From the NCBI RefSeq assembly GCF_009914755.1, contig NC_060948.1: a stretch of DNA of 64,000 nt; one strand, given 5' to 3'. Position numbers and translations under genes: made by a program. The notes beneath the pieces are model-generated. The model was not told where the DNA came from and did no database searches. It was given only the letters and a program-made list of their open reading frames with translations. The number at the start of each line of letters is the position of its first letter. The stretch's first letter is position 1. Below are positions 1 through 12,776 of the stretch, piece after piece. This stretch comes from the human T2T-CHM13v2.0 reference genome, Homo sapiens.

Positions 1-620
1 GCCATTTAGCATTTTTGTAGTCTAGTGGTAATAGACTCTAGCAGCTTTTGTTGGTCTAGAAATGTCTTAATTTCAAGGACTGTTTTGCCAAGTACCAAAT
101 TATTATTTGATAGTATTTTCCTCTCAGTACTTCCTAATGAGCACTCAGCTGTTAGCTATTTTTGAGGGTTTTGTTGTTGTTGTTGCTGCTGTTGTTTTGT
201 TTTCATTATGTGAGGAGTTACTTTTCTTACTAATTTCTAGATTCTTTCTTTTTATAACGTTTTTTGGTGGTGGTCTTTGGGGGTGTGCCTTCCCTAGAGG
301 TACTGAGCCTTTTCTATTTGTATATATCCATGTCTTTCCTCAAATATGGCACAGTTTTGGCCACTATTTTGGCCACTATTTCTGCATGTGAGACCTCTGT
401 TTCTTTATCTTCTGCTTCTTGGACGTTCATAATGTTTGCATTTTTCCAAGTGGTGGTATTCCCTAAGTCTCTCAGGCTATTCACTTTTGACTTCTTTTTT
501 TCTCCACTTACTCTGATTTTAAATGACCTTTTCTCAAGTCGTGATTGTCAGTCCTGCCTATTGATGTCTTCTGTTGAGCCCATCTTGTTTCCGTATTTTC
601 ATCTGCAGAATTTACGTTTG

Positions 621-1063
<443 letters not shown>

Positions 1064-1183
1064 CTGTTTCTTTATTATTTTTTTTCTCTGTTGACATGTT
1101 CATTTTATTTGTATATCATTTTTCTAATTTTCTTTAGCCTCCTTTTTCATTAGTTCATTAGGCGTATTTGACTTTTTCTTAAA

Positions 1184-1490
1184 TTATTTTATTTTATTTT
1201 ATTTTTGAGACAGAGCCTTACTCTGTCTCTCAGGCTGGAGGGCAGTGGTGCGATCTTGGCTGACTGCAACCTCTGCCTCCCTGGTTCAAGCGATTCTCTT
1301 CCTCAGCTCCCCCTGGCCCCGAGTAGCTGGGATTACAGACGTGCACCACCATGCCCAGCTAGTTTTTGTATTTTTAGTAGAGATGGGGTTTCAGCATACT
1401 GGCCAGGCTGGTCTTGAACTCCTGATCTCAGGCGATCCGCCCGCCGCGGCCTCCCAAAGTGCTGTGATTAAAGGTGTGAGACACTGCGCT
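1184..1490 (-). mobile_element. AluS
   Basis: Alu consensus, antisense, (TTTTA)n tail. Confidence 0.92.
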
Positions 1491-1500
1491 GATATTTTAA

Positions 1501-2088
<588 letters not shown>

Positions 2089-3064
2089 CTCCTGAGTCAT
2101 TTTGAGCATTTGAAAAAGCACTTATATTCCCCAGTCTTTGTGAACTGGCTTGGTACAGGGGAATTCCCTTTATTAATCAGCTCAGCTTGCAGGCTTAAAG
2201 CCTGCTTTAACCTTTTCTAGGTATTTGTCTTTCTTGAGACTTTCCGTGAGTCTTTTTTACCCATGTATTTCACATGGTTCTGGTTATTCCATTCCATGAT
2301 GGTTGCTGTAAAAATTTCCCAATTCCTCCATGAGCCTCACCTCTGTTTATTTTTGCTGCCTTACCTGTCATGTGCATTCTTCATTCAGTAGTTCGCCTCA
2401 GTAGTCTACAGGTTTGTAATTCCCTTGGAGACTTCACAAATTGTCTTCCCATGGCTTCTAGTCGGAGTTTTAAGCCACTGTTGGCCCCTTGCCCTTCAGG
2501 TTGAGTATGCAGAGACTAATCCCACAGGCAGCCTGCAGACAAATTTAGAATGTTGTAAATCTAGCCCTCTTGATTCCTCCAGTTCATACAGAACTGGTGA
2601 CCAGATCACTGGTTCTGCAAACTGTACCTTGGTAGGAAGGGAGTGGGCAAGGATAAGTGAAATAACACAAAATTGCCTGTTCCCTTTGAATATGGCTTTT
2701 TCTTGAACTGGGCATTTTCTTGATAGCTGTATACTTTTGACTGATTTTCAGAATTGCAGTGAAGTTTTTTCTTTGAACAGAAACAAGGCTTTGGAGTGTT
2801 TTAGTCCACAATCTTGCTGATGTCACTCCATGAACTGATTTTTTAAATAATAAAAAGGTAGGAAAATATAATATTATAGTAAAATCATTCAGGAATATAT
2901 TTACCAAAGCTTTTAAAATTCAGTTTTTCATCGTATCAAACGTAGGATTAGAGTTATACAAGTGTATTCTTTAAAAGTTATTTTTTATTTCACATTTTCC
3001 ACATGTCCTGAATATGTTTTTCTGTTCAAACTGGAGAAATTATTTCTCTCAAGATTGGTAGTAT

Positions 3065-3433
<369 letters not shown>

Positions 3434-3888
3434 CTAAAACTTGACTCTAGAAAATGATATAAAAATCTTTCATTTTACCTTATTTCTTAATTCTTAGTTT
3501 ATTCATTCTTTTCATAACTTCTGAAGTCGTTAATTCATATTGCATCTTAACGTTTAGAGATGTTTTTAGATATACAACCTTTACCTGATTCTTACTCGTA
3601 CCAGATACATGAGATATAAACAATACCAGTTGTGTCCCCATGAACTATGATATAATTTCTGCCTGTGCTGTGTCCAGCTGAAAGATATAGAAAACAAAAT
3701 ACAATATAAAAGGTTTAAATCTCTGTAAGTATATATAGTAAACATGTCTTGTACTCTTTTTAAAGATAATTTAGTATAATTTTTTAATTAAATTTTCCAT
3801 TTCTAGTATGCTTCACACAAATGCGTTTCAAATAGTAACTTTTTTTCTGAAAGGGGGGAATTAATTTTTATTATTAACTGTATTACAG

Positions 3889-4004
3889 GGTTGGCTAGTG
3901 GATCTCATCAATAAATTTGGCACATTAAATGGGTTCCAGATTTTGCATGATCGTTTTTTTAATGGATCAGCATTAAATATTCAAATAATTGCAGCTCTTA
4001 TTAA
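3889..4004 (+). CDS. USP9Y: USP9Y coding exon (~exon 7), 116 nt, phase 0->2
   Basis: tattacag|GGTTGG ... ATTAA|gtaagt; [39 protein letters not shown]. Confidence 0.95.
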
Positions 4005-4083
4005 GTAAGTTATGTTTTCATGTTTGTTAAATAATTTCATGTTTGTTCAAATAATTGCAGCTCTTATTAAGTTATGTTTTCAT
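3980..4083 (+). repeat. Local duplication of an exon 3' end and its donor site
   Basis: ttcaaataattgcagctcttattaagtaagttatgttttcat (3980-4021) vs ttcaaataattgcagctcttattaagttatgttttcat (4046-4083). Confidence 0.95.
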
Positions 4084-4274
4084 ATTCTGTGCATTATACA
4101 AATTACTATTTTATTTACTTAAAAATCATTGTTCATTTTTTTCAGTGTGGGTTGTGTCTCACTGTAAAATGAGGACCTGTTTTTGTGTGGTCTTAAATGT
4201 TGAAAGTAATTGGCAAGTTTAGTTCTTTTAAAAAACATGAATGTTACAGAGGTTTTGTGTCCTTCGTATTTCAG

Positions 4275-4526
4275 ACCATTTGGACAATGCTATGAGTTTC
4301 TCAGTCAACATACACTGAAAAAGTACTTCATTCCAGTTATAGAAATAGTTCCACATTTATTGGAAAACTTAACTGATGAAGAACTGAAAAAGGAGGCAAA
4401 GAATGAAGCCAAAAATGATGCCCTTTCAATGATTATTAAATCTTTGAAGAACTTAGCTTCAAGAATTTCAGGACAAGATGAGACTATAAAAAATTTGGAA
4501 ATTTTTAGGTTAAAGATGATACTCAG
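4275..4526 (+). CDS. USP9Y: USP9Y coding exon (~8), 252 nt
   Basis: tttcag|ACCATTT ... CTCAG|gtaaga; PFGQCYEFL...RLKMILR (ORF 4210..4530). Confidence 0.96.
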
Positions 4527-4567
4527 GTAAGATATTTTCCACCTTAAATTATTTGTGTGAATTCTGA

Positions 4568-4751
4568 TATAACATTTACTCCAAATTTCTCTCATTTATG
4601 GTTGTAAATTTCCTCTTTTAGTGGAAAGATGAATGCACTGAATGAAATAAATAAGGTTATAACATTTACTCCAAATTTTTCTCATAGATTGTTGCAAATT
4701 TCCTCTTTTAATGGAAAGATGAATGCACTGAATGAAATAAATAAGGTTATA
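4568..4751 (+). repeat. 90-bp tandem duplication spanning an intron/exon boundary
   Basis: 4571-4660 vs 4661-4750 differ at 6 of 90 positions. Confidence 0.97.
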
Positions 4752-4826
4752 TCTAGTGTATCATATTATACTCATCGGCATAGTAATCCTGAGGAGGAAG
4801 AATGGCTGACAGCTGAGCGAATGGCA
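4688..4826 (+). CDS. USP9Y: USP9Y coding exon (~9), 139 nt
   Basis: ctcatag|ATTGTTG ... ATGGCA|gtaagc; [16 protein letters not shown]...WLTAERMA. Confidence 0.94.
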
Positions 4827-5258
4827 GTAAGCCTCTTAAATCTTTTATTGTGAATAAGACACTGCTTATGGAAAATTACATTATTACCAATTATTGTTAG
4901 AAGCAACAATAGCAAAACTAAAATTGAAAGATTTATGACTAATTGTAAGATCTTTTTATAATAATAATAAAAGGTTTAATAAATGATTAGTTGTTTGAAA
5001 CTGTTGAGGTAACTTAATTGTTTCTCAGGTAAATTTATTATTTTTGAATGTAGCTTTGATGTAAATAGATGGCTTGGTTGAAATGAAATAGTAAGATGTG
5101 ATTTTCGGAGGGGTTGAGTGGATCTGCAGTCTGGTGAATGAACTAACGTAGTGATCACTTCCTAATTCCATTTGAAGATTAATAAATAGGGATTATAACT
5201 AATGGGATAATTGAGTAGTGCTTTATCATGATTTTAAGAATATTAAGATTAATTTCTT

Positions 5259-5515
5259 TTTTTTTTTTTTGAGACAAAGTCTCACTCCATCACCCAGTCT
5301 GGAGTGCAGTGACACGATCTCCACTCACTGTAACGTCCGTATCCTGGGTTCAAGCAATTATCTGCCTCAGCCTCCCAGGTAGCAGGGATTACAGGCGCCT
5401 GCAACCACGCCTGGCTAATTTTTATGTTTTTAGTAGAGATGGGGTTTCACCATTTTGGCCAGGCTGGTCTTGAACTCATGACCTCATGATCCACCTGCCT
5501 CAGCCTCCCAAAGTG
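5259..5515 (-). mobile_element. 5'-truncated AluS with 15-bp TSD
   Basis: Ends at cccaaagtg; TSD taagattaatttctt at 5244-5258 and 5516-5530. Confidence 0.93.
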
Positions 5516-6433
5516 TAAGATTAATTTCTTAATAATTTCATTTTAAAATCACTATGTATGTCATTTTGACAGGTAATGAAACTGTTTACCATAGAAATTT
5601 TCATACATTTTAGTTTCAAAATAAATAGCAAATACTTCACCAAAGTATTAAAAAGTCTTTTTTTGAGTGTATGTGGTTTGCATAGTGGAGATCATTTCTG
5701 TAGAATAAGCTTTACCATAAAATAACCTTCAGGTTGCTAGTGGAAAGGATTAGAATGTGAAAAAAGATATGCTAAGGACATTTGGGTGGTCTTAATAGTG
5801 TTTACCTTAGACCCATGCTCATACTCAGTGCTGGTGGTCAGGTTTTATGTATGCAATTTGCCTGCTTTGTGGAATGTTAAACAGAATTACTCAGTATATT
5901 CACTAGTCCTTGAATTATTACTGGTTCTTGAGAGACACCAACATTGAAAGTATTTAGCAAAATTTGACATTGTTGTGGCACTTTTATTGTATTTTACAGA
6001 AGAATCTAAGATTGGGAATATAAAACTGGTTGTTTTCAATGGATAGTGTGAGAAGTGTACTGTTGTATCACATATGGGAATCTTTATTTGCAGAAGTAAA
6101 ATTCTGTAAAATTATTTATGTTAATGTATACTAATTGCAGATTACAACACCAAGGTAATTCATTATATTAGTGAATTATAATTTGTGAATCTAGTACACC
6201 TATGGAAAGATTTTATATGCCAAATTTTGTGAAATAAGTTATTTTAGTGTTTAATTTTGAATTAACACAACACTTAAATGTTACACTACTGTGCTGTAAT
6301 TTGTGAATGTATACATAATTTGGACTTTTGAATTCCTACTTAATATTATTTAGAAGTTGGAGACATGTTTTTATTTCGCTTTTTAAAAAAATTTCTTTTT
6401 AGTTTCAGCATTGAATTTTTGTATTACATTTAG

Positions 6434-6586
6434 GAATGGATACAGCAAAATAATATCTTATCCATAGTCTTGCAAGACAGTCTTCATCAACCACAATATG
6501 TAGAAAAGCTAGAGAAAATTCTTCGTTTTGTGATTAAAGAAAAGGCTCTTACATTACAGGACCTTGATAATATCTGGGCAGCACAG
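6434..6586 (+). CDS. USP9Y: USP9Y coding exon (~10), 153 nt
   Basis: atttag|GAATGG ... GCACAG|gtaaga; [22 protein letters not shown]...DNIWAAQ. Confidence 0.95.
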
Positions 6587-6798
6587 GTAAGAAAGTGAGA
6601 TGATAGCTATTTTCTAAGAAAGATACCAAAAAGGAGAAAATTTTTGGTAACCCTTATATAATGGCCAGCAATTTAGTATTGCCTGACTTTTACTAATGCA
6701 TGTGCTGTTCATGTAGAGAAATCTTACCAAGAATTTTTAAACAAAAAATAACATTTTTCTGTCTTTGTATATATATTCATGGTAGCAGCTTATAGGTA

Positions 6799-7115
6799 GT
6801 TTTTTTGGTTTTTTTTGTTTTGTTTTGTTTTGTTTTTAGATGGAATCTTGCTCTCCCTCCCAGACTCGGGTGCATTGGTGCAATCTCAGCTCACTGCAAG
6901 CTCTGCCTCCCAGGTTCACACCATTCTCTGCCTTACCCTCCCGAGTAGCTGGGACTACAAGCGCCCACCACCAGGCCTGGCTAATTTTTTGTACTTTTAG
7001 AAGAGACAGGGTTTCACCCTGTTAGCCAGGATGGTCTTGATCTCCTGACCTCGTGATCCATCCTCCTTAGCCCCCCAAAGTGCTGGGATTGCAGGTGTGA
7101 GCCACTGCGCTTGGC
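6799..7115 (-). mobile_element. AluY-like
   Basis: cactgcaagctctgcc, ttcacaccattctc, gttagccaggatgg. Confidence 0.92.
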
Positions 7116-7801
7116 CATACATGGTTTTAAATGAAAGATCTATATAGCAAAATAATTATGATTAAAGGAACAATTATTGAAAGAGGATAAAGAATCTATA
7201 TTTGGAGGTTTTCACCTATGTAATGCATAGAAGAAACAAATGTCACGAGTTCCATTACAGTGACTTTAAAAAACATAGGATTATTATAGAAGATTATGAC
7301 TTTCCATAATAAAAAACCCTGGTTTCAGATATACTAATGCATATGTTTTTATATTATCTTAATGGCAGGTTTCTACTCCTGGGTCACTTGGGGAGTATTG
7401 TTAGGCACTGGCTCATAAAGCTTGTTTTTTGCCTTTTTTTTAAGAGAAACAACAAAATACTTAATCTTGCTTTTATTGAGCACTTAAGCTTGGAGTTTTG
7501 AAACAATCTAATATTTTGACTTCTTTTTCTCTTAGTTTTATTTGTAAATACCTTCTAGTAAGTTTTCATATTAATTTCCGAAGTTTACTATTTGTACCCA
7601 AAAAAACTGAGTTGCCAGGTATTAAATGACAGTTCTAAAGCATTTCAAATATTAAGAATTCTGTTAATTACTCAAATGAAGTAGGAATGTTTATTAAGTA
7701 ATGGAGATTCTTGTAGTAGAACTATTTTTTTGTTATTAAAATTTAAGTATACTATAATTTTTTTTTTGCTTTTATTTATTCTACTTTTGTTTTTTCAACA
7801 G

Positions 7802-7906
7802 GCAGGAAAACATGAAGCCATTGTGAAGAATGTACATGATCTGCTAGCAAAGTTGGCTTGGGATTTTTCTCCTGGACAACTTGATCATCTTTTTGATTGC
7901 TTTAAG
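7802..7906 (+). CDS. USP9Y: USP9Y coding exon (~11), 105 nt
   Basis: tcaacag|GCAGGA ... TTTAAG|gtagta; [35 protein letters not shown]. Confidence 0.95.
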
Positions 7907-9208
7907 GTAGTAGCTTGAATAGTAAAGTATTGCCAAATAGTAAATATTGCCAGTTAATTCTAAGTAAAGTTTAATTCGTTAGATTTCTTTTGCTTATAGC
8001 TAGTGTGCTTAACTAACATTTTCATGGAAGAATCTCTGATGAAAAAGAATTGGTCATTGTTGTTTCTTCCAATCAGAGTTTAACAGTAATTTGTTGTAAT
8101 AGTTTTCATCACAAATGCAGAATCTTAATGTTTTTTCACTTACATTATTTCTTTGAATTCATTTCCACTGGTAATTTTCATTTTGACTTTGGTTAAAATA
8201 ACCTGTAGAAATGCAGAGAATAATTGGAAAATGAGGCATAAAACATTCTGGTTCTATGGAGTTATGTATATGGCATATAGAAATGAAATTCAAAAAACAA
8301 GAGGTTTCTAATATCATAATGTCACTTTTAAAGACATTTTGGCACAATGGTCTCGCTGGTTTTTAAGGTTGATGAATTTATGGATCAAGAATATAAATCC
8401 ATATGTCATTATTCAGGAATAAATATTTCAGTAAATAGTAATTAGATTTTTGGTGGGAGCTTTACTTGCTAATTACAAGAGAGAATAGGTTGGCATTGTT
8501 CTTTTAAAATGTAGATTCTTACGTTCTATCACCCAACTATTCTATTTCTGAATCTATGCCCTGGGTAAACTCCTGAATATGTTCACTAAGGAATGTTTTC
8601 AACAGTATCTTAGCAGGATTGTTTTATTAGTCCCGAAATGAAGGAAACAACTTAAATGTCTATATATTATGAAAGGATAAGTAAACTGTGGACTCCTTTA
8701 TATGGAACACTTTGTGACAATGAAAGTTAACACATTGTAACAGTTTGGCACATAGATGGATCTTGCCATTATGGAGAATATAGAAAAAAGGAAGAAAATG
8801 ATGTACAAGAAGTCAGAAGTGACCTGGATAATAGTTTCACAACTGTTACACTTTGAATTCTGACTACACCCCAGATGTGTTAAATCAGAATTACCATGTA
8901 AAGGGACTAGACTTTTAATCATGTCAGCATAATAAGAATTTATTTGAGATGACTATATGTTTTAATCTGTTGGATGTATATCAGAGGTAGGCAAGGACAT
9001 CAATATTGAGAAGTTATATTTGATACTCTTTATTTCCTATTGTTTTTAGTCCTGAGATAACTTCTGAAACAGTGATGCACCAAGACAGCCATAATAATAG
9101 ATGGAGGATCTGGTGTCAATTTCTCTCTTTTTTTTTTCTCCCTCTCCTTTTTAATTCATAAATTCTCAAGATGACTTCAAGATAATTAAAATAAAAAATC
9201 TATTATCT

Positions 9209-9491
9209 GACTGGGAACGGTGTCTTAGGCCTGTAACCCCAGCACTTTGGGAGACTGAGGAGGGTGGCTCACATGAGGTCAGGAGTTCGAGACCACCTTG
9301 GACAACATGATGGAACCCCATCTCTATTAAAAATACAAACAGTTCTCTGGGCATGGTGGTGCATGCCTGTAATCCCAGTTACTCTGGAGAATGTCTTGGA
9401 CCTCGGGGGCAGAGGTTGCAGTGAGTCAAGATCACACCACTGCACTCCAGCCTGGGTAACAGAGGGAGACTGTCACAAAAGAAAAAAAAAA
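9209..9491 (+). mobile_element. Alu (diverged, with an internal deletion)
   Basis: Alu consensus with A tail. Confidence 0.9.
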
Positions 9492-10423
9492 TCTGTCATT
9501 TCTGTATTGCTGTTTGGCTTACCTATTGTTTATCAAAAGTCTGTTATTCAGTGACTAGCATTGCATTTTTGAGGTGTTGGTAAATCTGGCAGTTCTTACA
9601 CAGCATGCCAGTGTGTCTTCAAAGGTCTTTGTTAAGGTGCTTTTAAGGAGGCAATGAGTATACGCCAATTATCAGTTCTTCGTGGGCTGCAGCTGGATGA
9701 TTCCAAGTTTATCTTTCTTCTCAGTTACATGTAGTTAATGTGCTTGCTCAAACTCTAGGTGATAAAGATTTGAATTCTAAGTAAGCCTTTGTCTTCTGAG
9801 GTGTTGGTACTAATTTTCAGTGCTTGCCAACGTTTATTTTTGGCATAATTTTTCATTTTTGAAAGTCCCATGGTTATGAGATTCTCTTTGTGGTCATCAA
9901 TTTTAATATTTCTAGATACTGAGATTGAACATTGTTACAGGTCTTTGAGCTGTTCTCACTTCCTTCTTAGAATATGTCTATTTTTCCTGTCCAGTAGTTG
10001 TCCTAATTTGTTTCCTAGGAGTTTTTGTGTATCTAAATGCTTATTGTTCAAACCGTATCACAAATAGTTTCTCACAGGTTTTATTAACAGTTTGTTTGAA
10101 TCAGGATCTAACTACATTCCTCACTGTCTAGTTTTCTATCTTTTAATCACTCCTCTTTGATTCTGTAGTTGCCTCCTTACATTTTTTTGTTCTTGTAATA
10201 ATATTCATCATTTGCTATTTTGTTAGTAGTTTCTGTATTCCTTTTGTTATTTCAGTGGGAATTTTGTGGACACCAGAGGGAATTAAAAGCAGGTGTTACA
10301 GTTGTCTTCCTAAGAAATTCTGTATTTATCATTTTAAAGTGCTGTACAGTTACTAGGTTAAGGTGATGTAGTCCTTTCTCCTATTATTGGACATTTAAGT
10401 GGATTTCAGTTCTTTAGTTCTAG

Positions 10424-10891
10424 TGTGTCCAGAATTTATTCCTTCCTGTGGGTTCTTGGTCTTGCTGACTTGAAGAATGAAGCCACAGACCCTCCTGGTG
10501 AGTGTTACAGCTCATAAAGGTAGTGCAAACCCAAAGAGTGAGCAGCAGCAAGTGTTATTGTGAAGAGCGAAAGAACAAAGCTTCCACAGGGTGGAAGGGG
10601 ACCCAAGCCAGTTGTGCTGCTGGCTTGAGTAGCCAGCTTTTATTCCTGTATTTGGTCCCACCCACATCCTGCTGATTGATCCATTTTACAGAGCACTGAC
10701 TGGTGTGTTTACAGTCCTTTAGCTAGACAAAGAGTGCTGATTGGTATGATTTTACAGAGTGCTGATTGTTGTGTTTACAATCCTTTAGCTAGACACAGAG
10801 TGCAGATTGGTGCATTTGCAAACCTTTAGCTAGACACAAAAGTTCTCCAGGTCCCCATCTGAACTAGAAGCTCAGCTGACTTCACCTCTCA
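10424..10891 (-). mobile_element. Solo LTR12-family (ERV9) LTR, short variant
   Basis: Ends tgtgtccagaatt... and ...gctgacttcacctctca; internal tandem gtgctgattggtg/tttaca-tcctttagctagacaca units; flanks ctag/ctaa are a near 4-bp TSD. Confidence 0.9.
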
Positions 10892-11394
10892 CTAATAACT
10901 ACTAATAAAATACTACATATAGCTTCCTCTGTATTGCTGGGCATTTAGAACACTTGTTTTACTTTAATAAATTAATTTTTTATACTAAGAAGATTGTAGA
11001 TTCACGTACCATGTTAAGAAGTAATGCAGAAAATCCCATATATTCTTTACCCTGTTACTCTTAGTGTTAACATCTTTAAAAATCACTGCAACCAAGATTT
11101 TGATCACTACCAAGATTTTGACATTGTTTCCATCAAGATACTGAACATCTGTGTCATCACAAGGATTCCTCATGGTGCCCTTTTATTGCAACACCCGCTT
11201 GCCTTCTGCCCCAACTTCCTTCTTAACCCCTGGCAACTAACCAGACCGCCAGTCGGCTCAATTTCTAAAGGTCTTTTGCTTTTACTTTAAACATGTACTA
11301 ACTGGAATTGAACATAATATGGACTTTTGAGGTTAGTTTTTTTTTCATTCTATTTAATTGTTTGCAGTCTCACTAGAATGATGTATGTATCTAT

Positions 11395-11947
11395 CAGGTT
11401 GAGTATCCCTTATCTGAAATGCTTAGTACCAGAAGTATTTTGGAATTTTTTTTTTTGGAGCATTTGCCTCATACTGACTACTTGAGCATCTCTGCATTAA
11501 AAATCTGAAATCCAGAATGTTTTTATTGCTGTTGTTTTTTGAGATGGAGTCTCACTCTGTTGCCCAGGCTGGAGGGCAGTGGTGCGATATCAGCTCACTG
11601 CAAGCTCTGCCTCCTGAGTTCACACCGTTCATCTGCCTCAGCCTCCCAAGTAGCTGAGTAGCTGGGACTACAGGTGCCTGCCACCACACCCGGCTAACTT
11701 TTTTGTATTTTTTTTCAGTAAAGACAGGATTTCACTGTGTTAGCCAGGATGGTCTTGATCTCCTGACCTTGTCATCTGATCTGCCTGCCTCAGCCTCCCA
11801 AAGTGCTGGGATTACAGGTGTGAGCCACCATGCCTGGCCCAGACTGTTTTAAGGAGCATATCTTTTGAGCATCATGTCACCATGCAGAAAGTTTCAGATT
11901 TTGGAGTATTTAAATTTCAGATCTTCACATTAGGCATACTGTATCTG
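11395..11947. mobile_element. Tigger4a/MER46-like MITE split by an AluY
   Basis: Starts caggttgagtatcccttatctgaaatgct; resumes after the Alu and ends ttaggcatactgtatctg (degenerate terminal inverted repeat). Confidence 0.75.
11526..11839 (-). mobile_element. AluY-like nested in the MITE
   Basis: Alu consensus; imperfect TSD cagaatgttttta / cagactgttttaa. Confidence 0.92.
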
Positions 11948-12043
11948 ACATTTGCTTCCTTTATTGACGAGTAGTACTCATGGTATGAACTACTCACCAT
12001 GAATGGACATCTGTATTATATCCAGGTTGGGGCTATTATAAAC

Positions 12044-12278
12044 TGCTGTGAACCTTGGTGGGCAGGGTTTTTGGCTTTTTTATGTTTTTATTTTGTGTTT
12101 TAATGCAATGCTTATTTCTCTAGGTGAGATGAAATGTGGAAATGTTGCAGTCTTCCTAATGCTGTGAACCTTGGTGGGCAGGGTTTTTGGCTTTTTTATG
12201 TTTTTATTTTGTGTTTTAATGCAATGCTTATTTCTCTAGGTGAGATGAAATGTGGAAATGTTGCAGTCTTCCTAATGC
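12044..12278 (+). repeat. Perfect 116-bp tandem duplication
   Basis: 12044-12159 is identical by eye to 12160-12275; TGC microhomology at the junction. Confidence 0.96.
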
Positions 12279-12776
12279 ACCTTATTGTAGCATTTTCTCA
12301 TTTTCTGTATCAGTACCCCATGTTCTTTGTCCTGTGTCCAAGAAAATTAAGGAACGTGGACACAAAGGTGGGATTGGAGTGAAAATTTAATAAGTGAAAG
12401 AAAAAAGCTCTCTTCAGCAGAGAGGAGTCCGAGTGGATTGCTGGGTTATAGCTGAATTTAACAGCTTTTATAAGAAGCTCTTCTCATCTCTGTAGCAGTT
12501 TGAATAACTTCTATTATCAGTAAAGCTGTCTGTGCAACTCCTCTTATCTTAAGCAGTTGTGGATATGTCTCTAGGCAAGCACAGAGTGCCACTTCTCTTC
12601 TTGATATAACTGAGGGTTTGTTTTCGATAAGCCCCTCACCTCCCTGTGTAAGTTCTCACCATTTGTATGCCTGAAAAACTTTTTCCTGGGAGCTGACTAA
12701 TTATACAAAGTTGCTTACCTATGTGCAGGTGCAGCCTGAGGTTTTCCAAACTGATTTTTCCTTTGCTTCTCCCTCA
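12259..12776 (-). mobile_element. 3' LTR of an ERV1-class provirus (family not determined)
   Basis: TG...CA ends (tgttgcag ... ttctccctca); the adjacent ttccctgctt reads as a polypurine tract on the - strand. Confidence 0.75.

Noticed and set aside
4629-4853. ORF with duplicated [11 protein letters not shown] as an independent gene or internal protein repeat
   Set aside because: Explained by the 90-bp genomic duplication; canonical splicing uses only the second copy.
10660-10840. Spaced repeats resembling a CRISPR array
   Set aside because: Normal LTR12 U3 tandem units in a primate intron; no unique spacers or cas genes.
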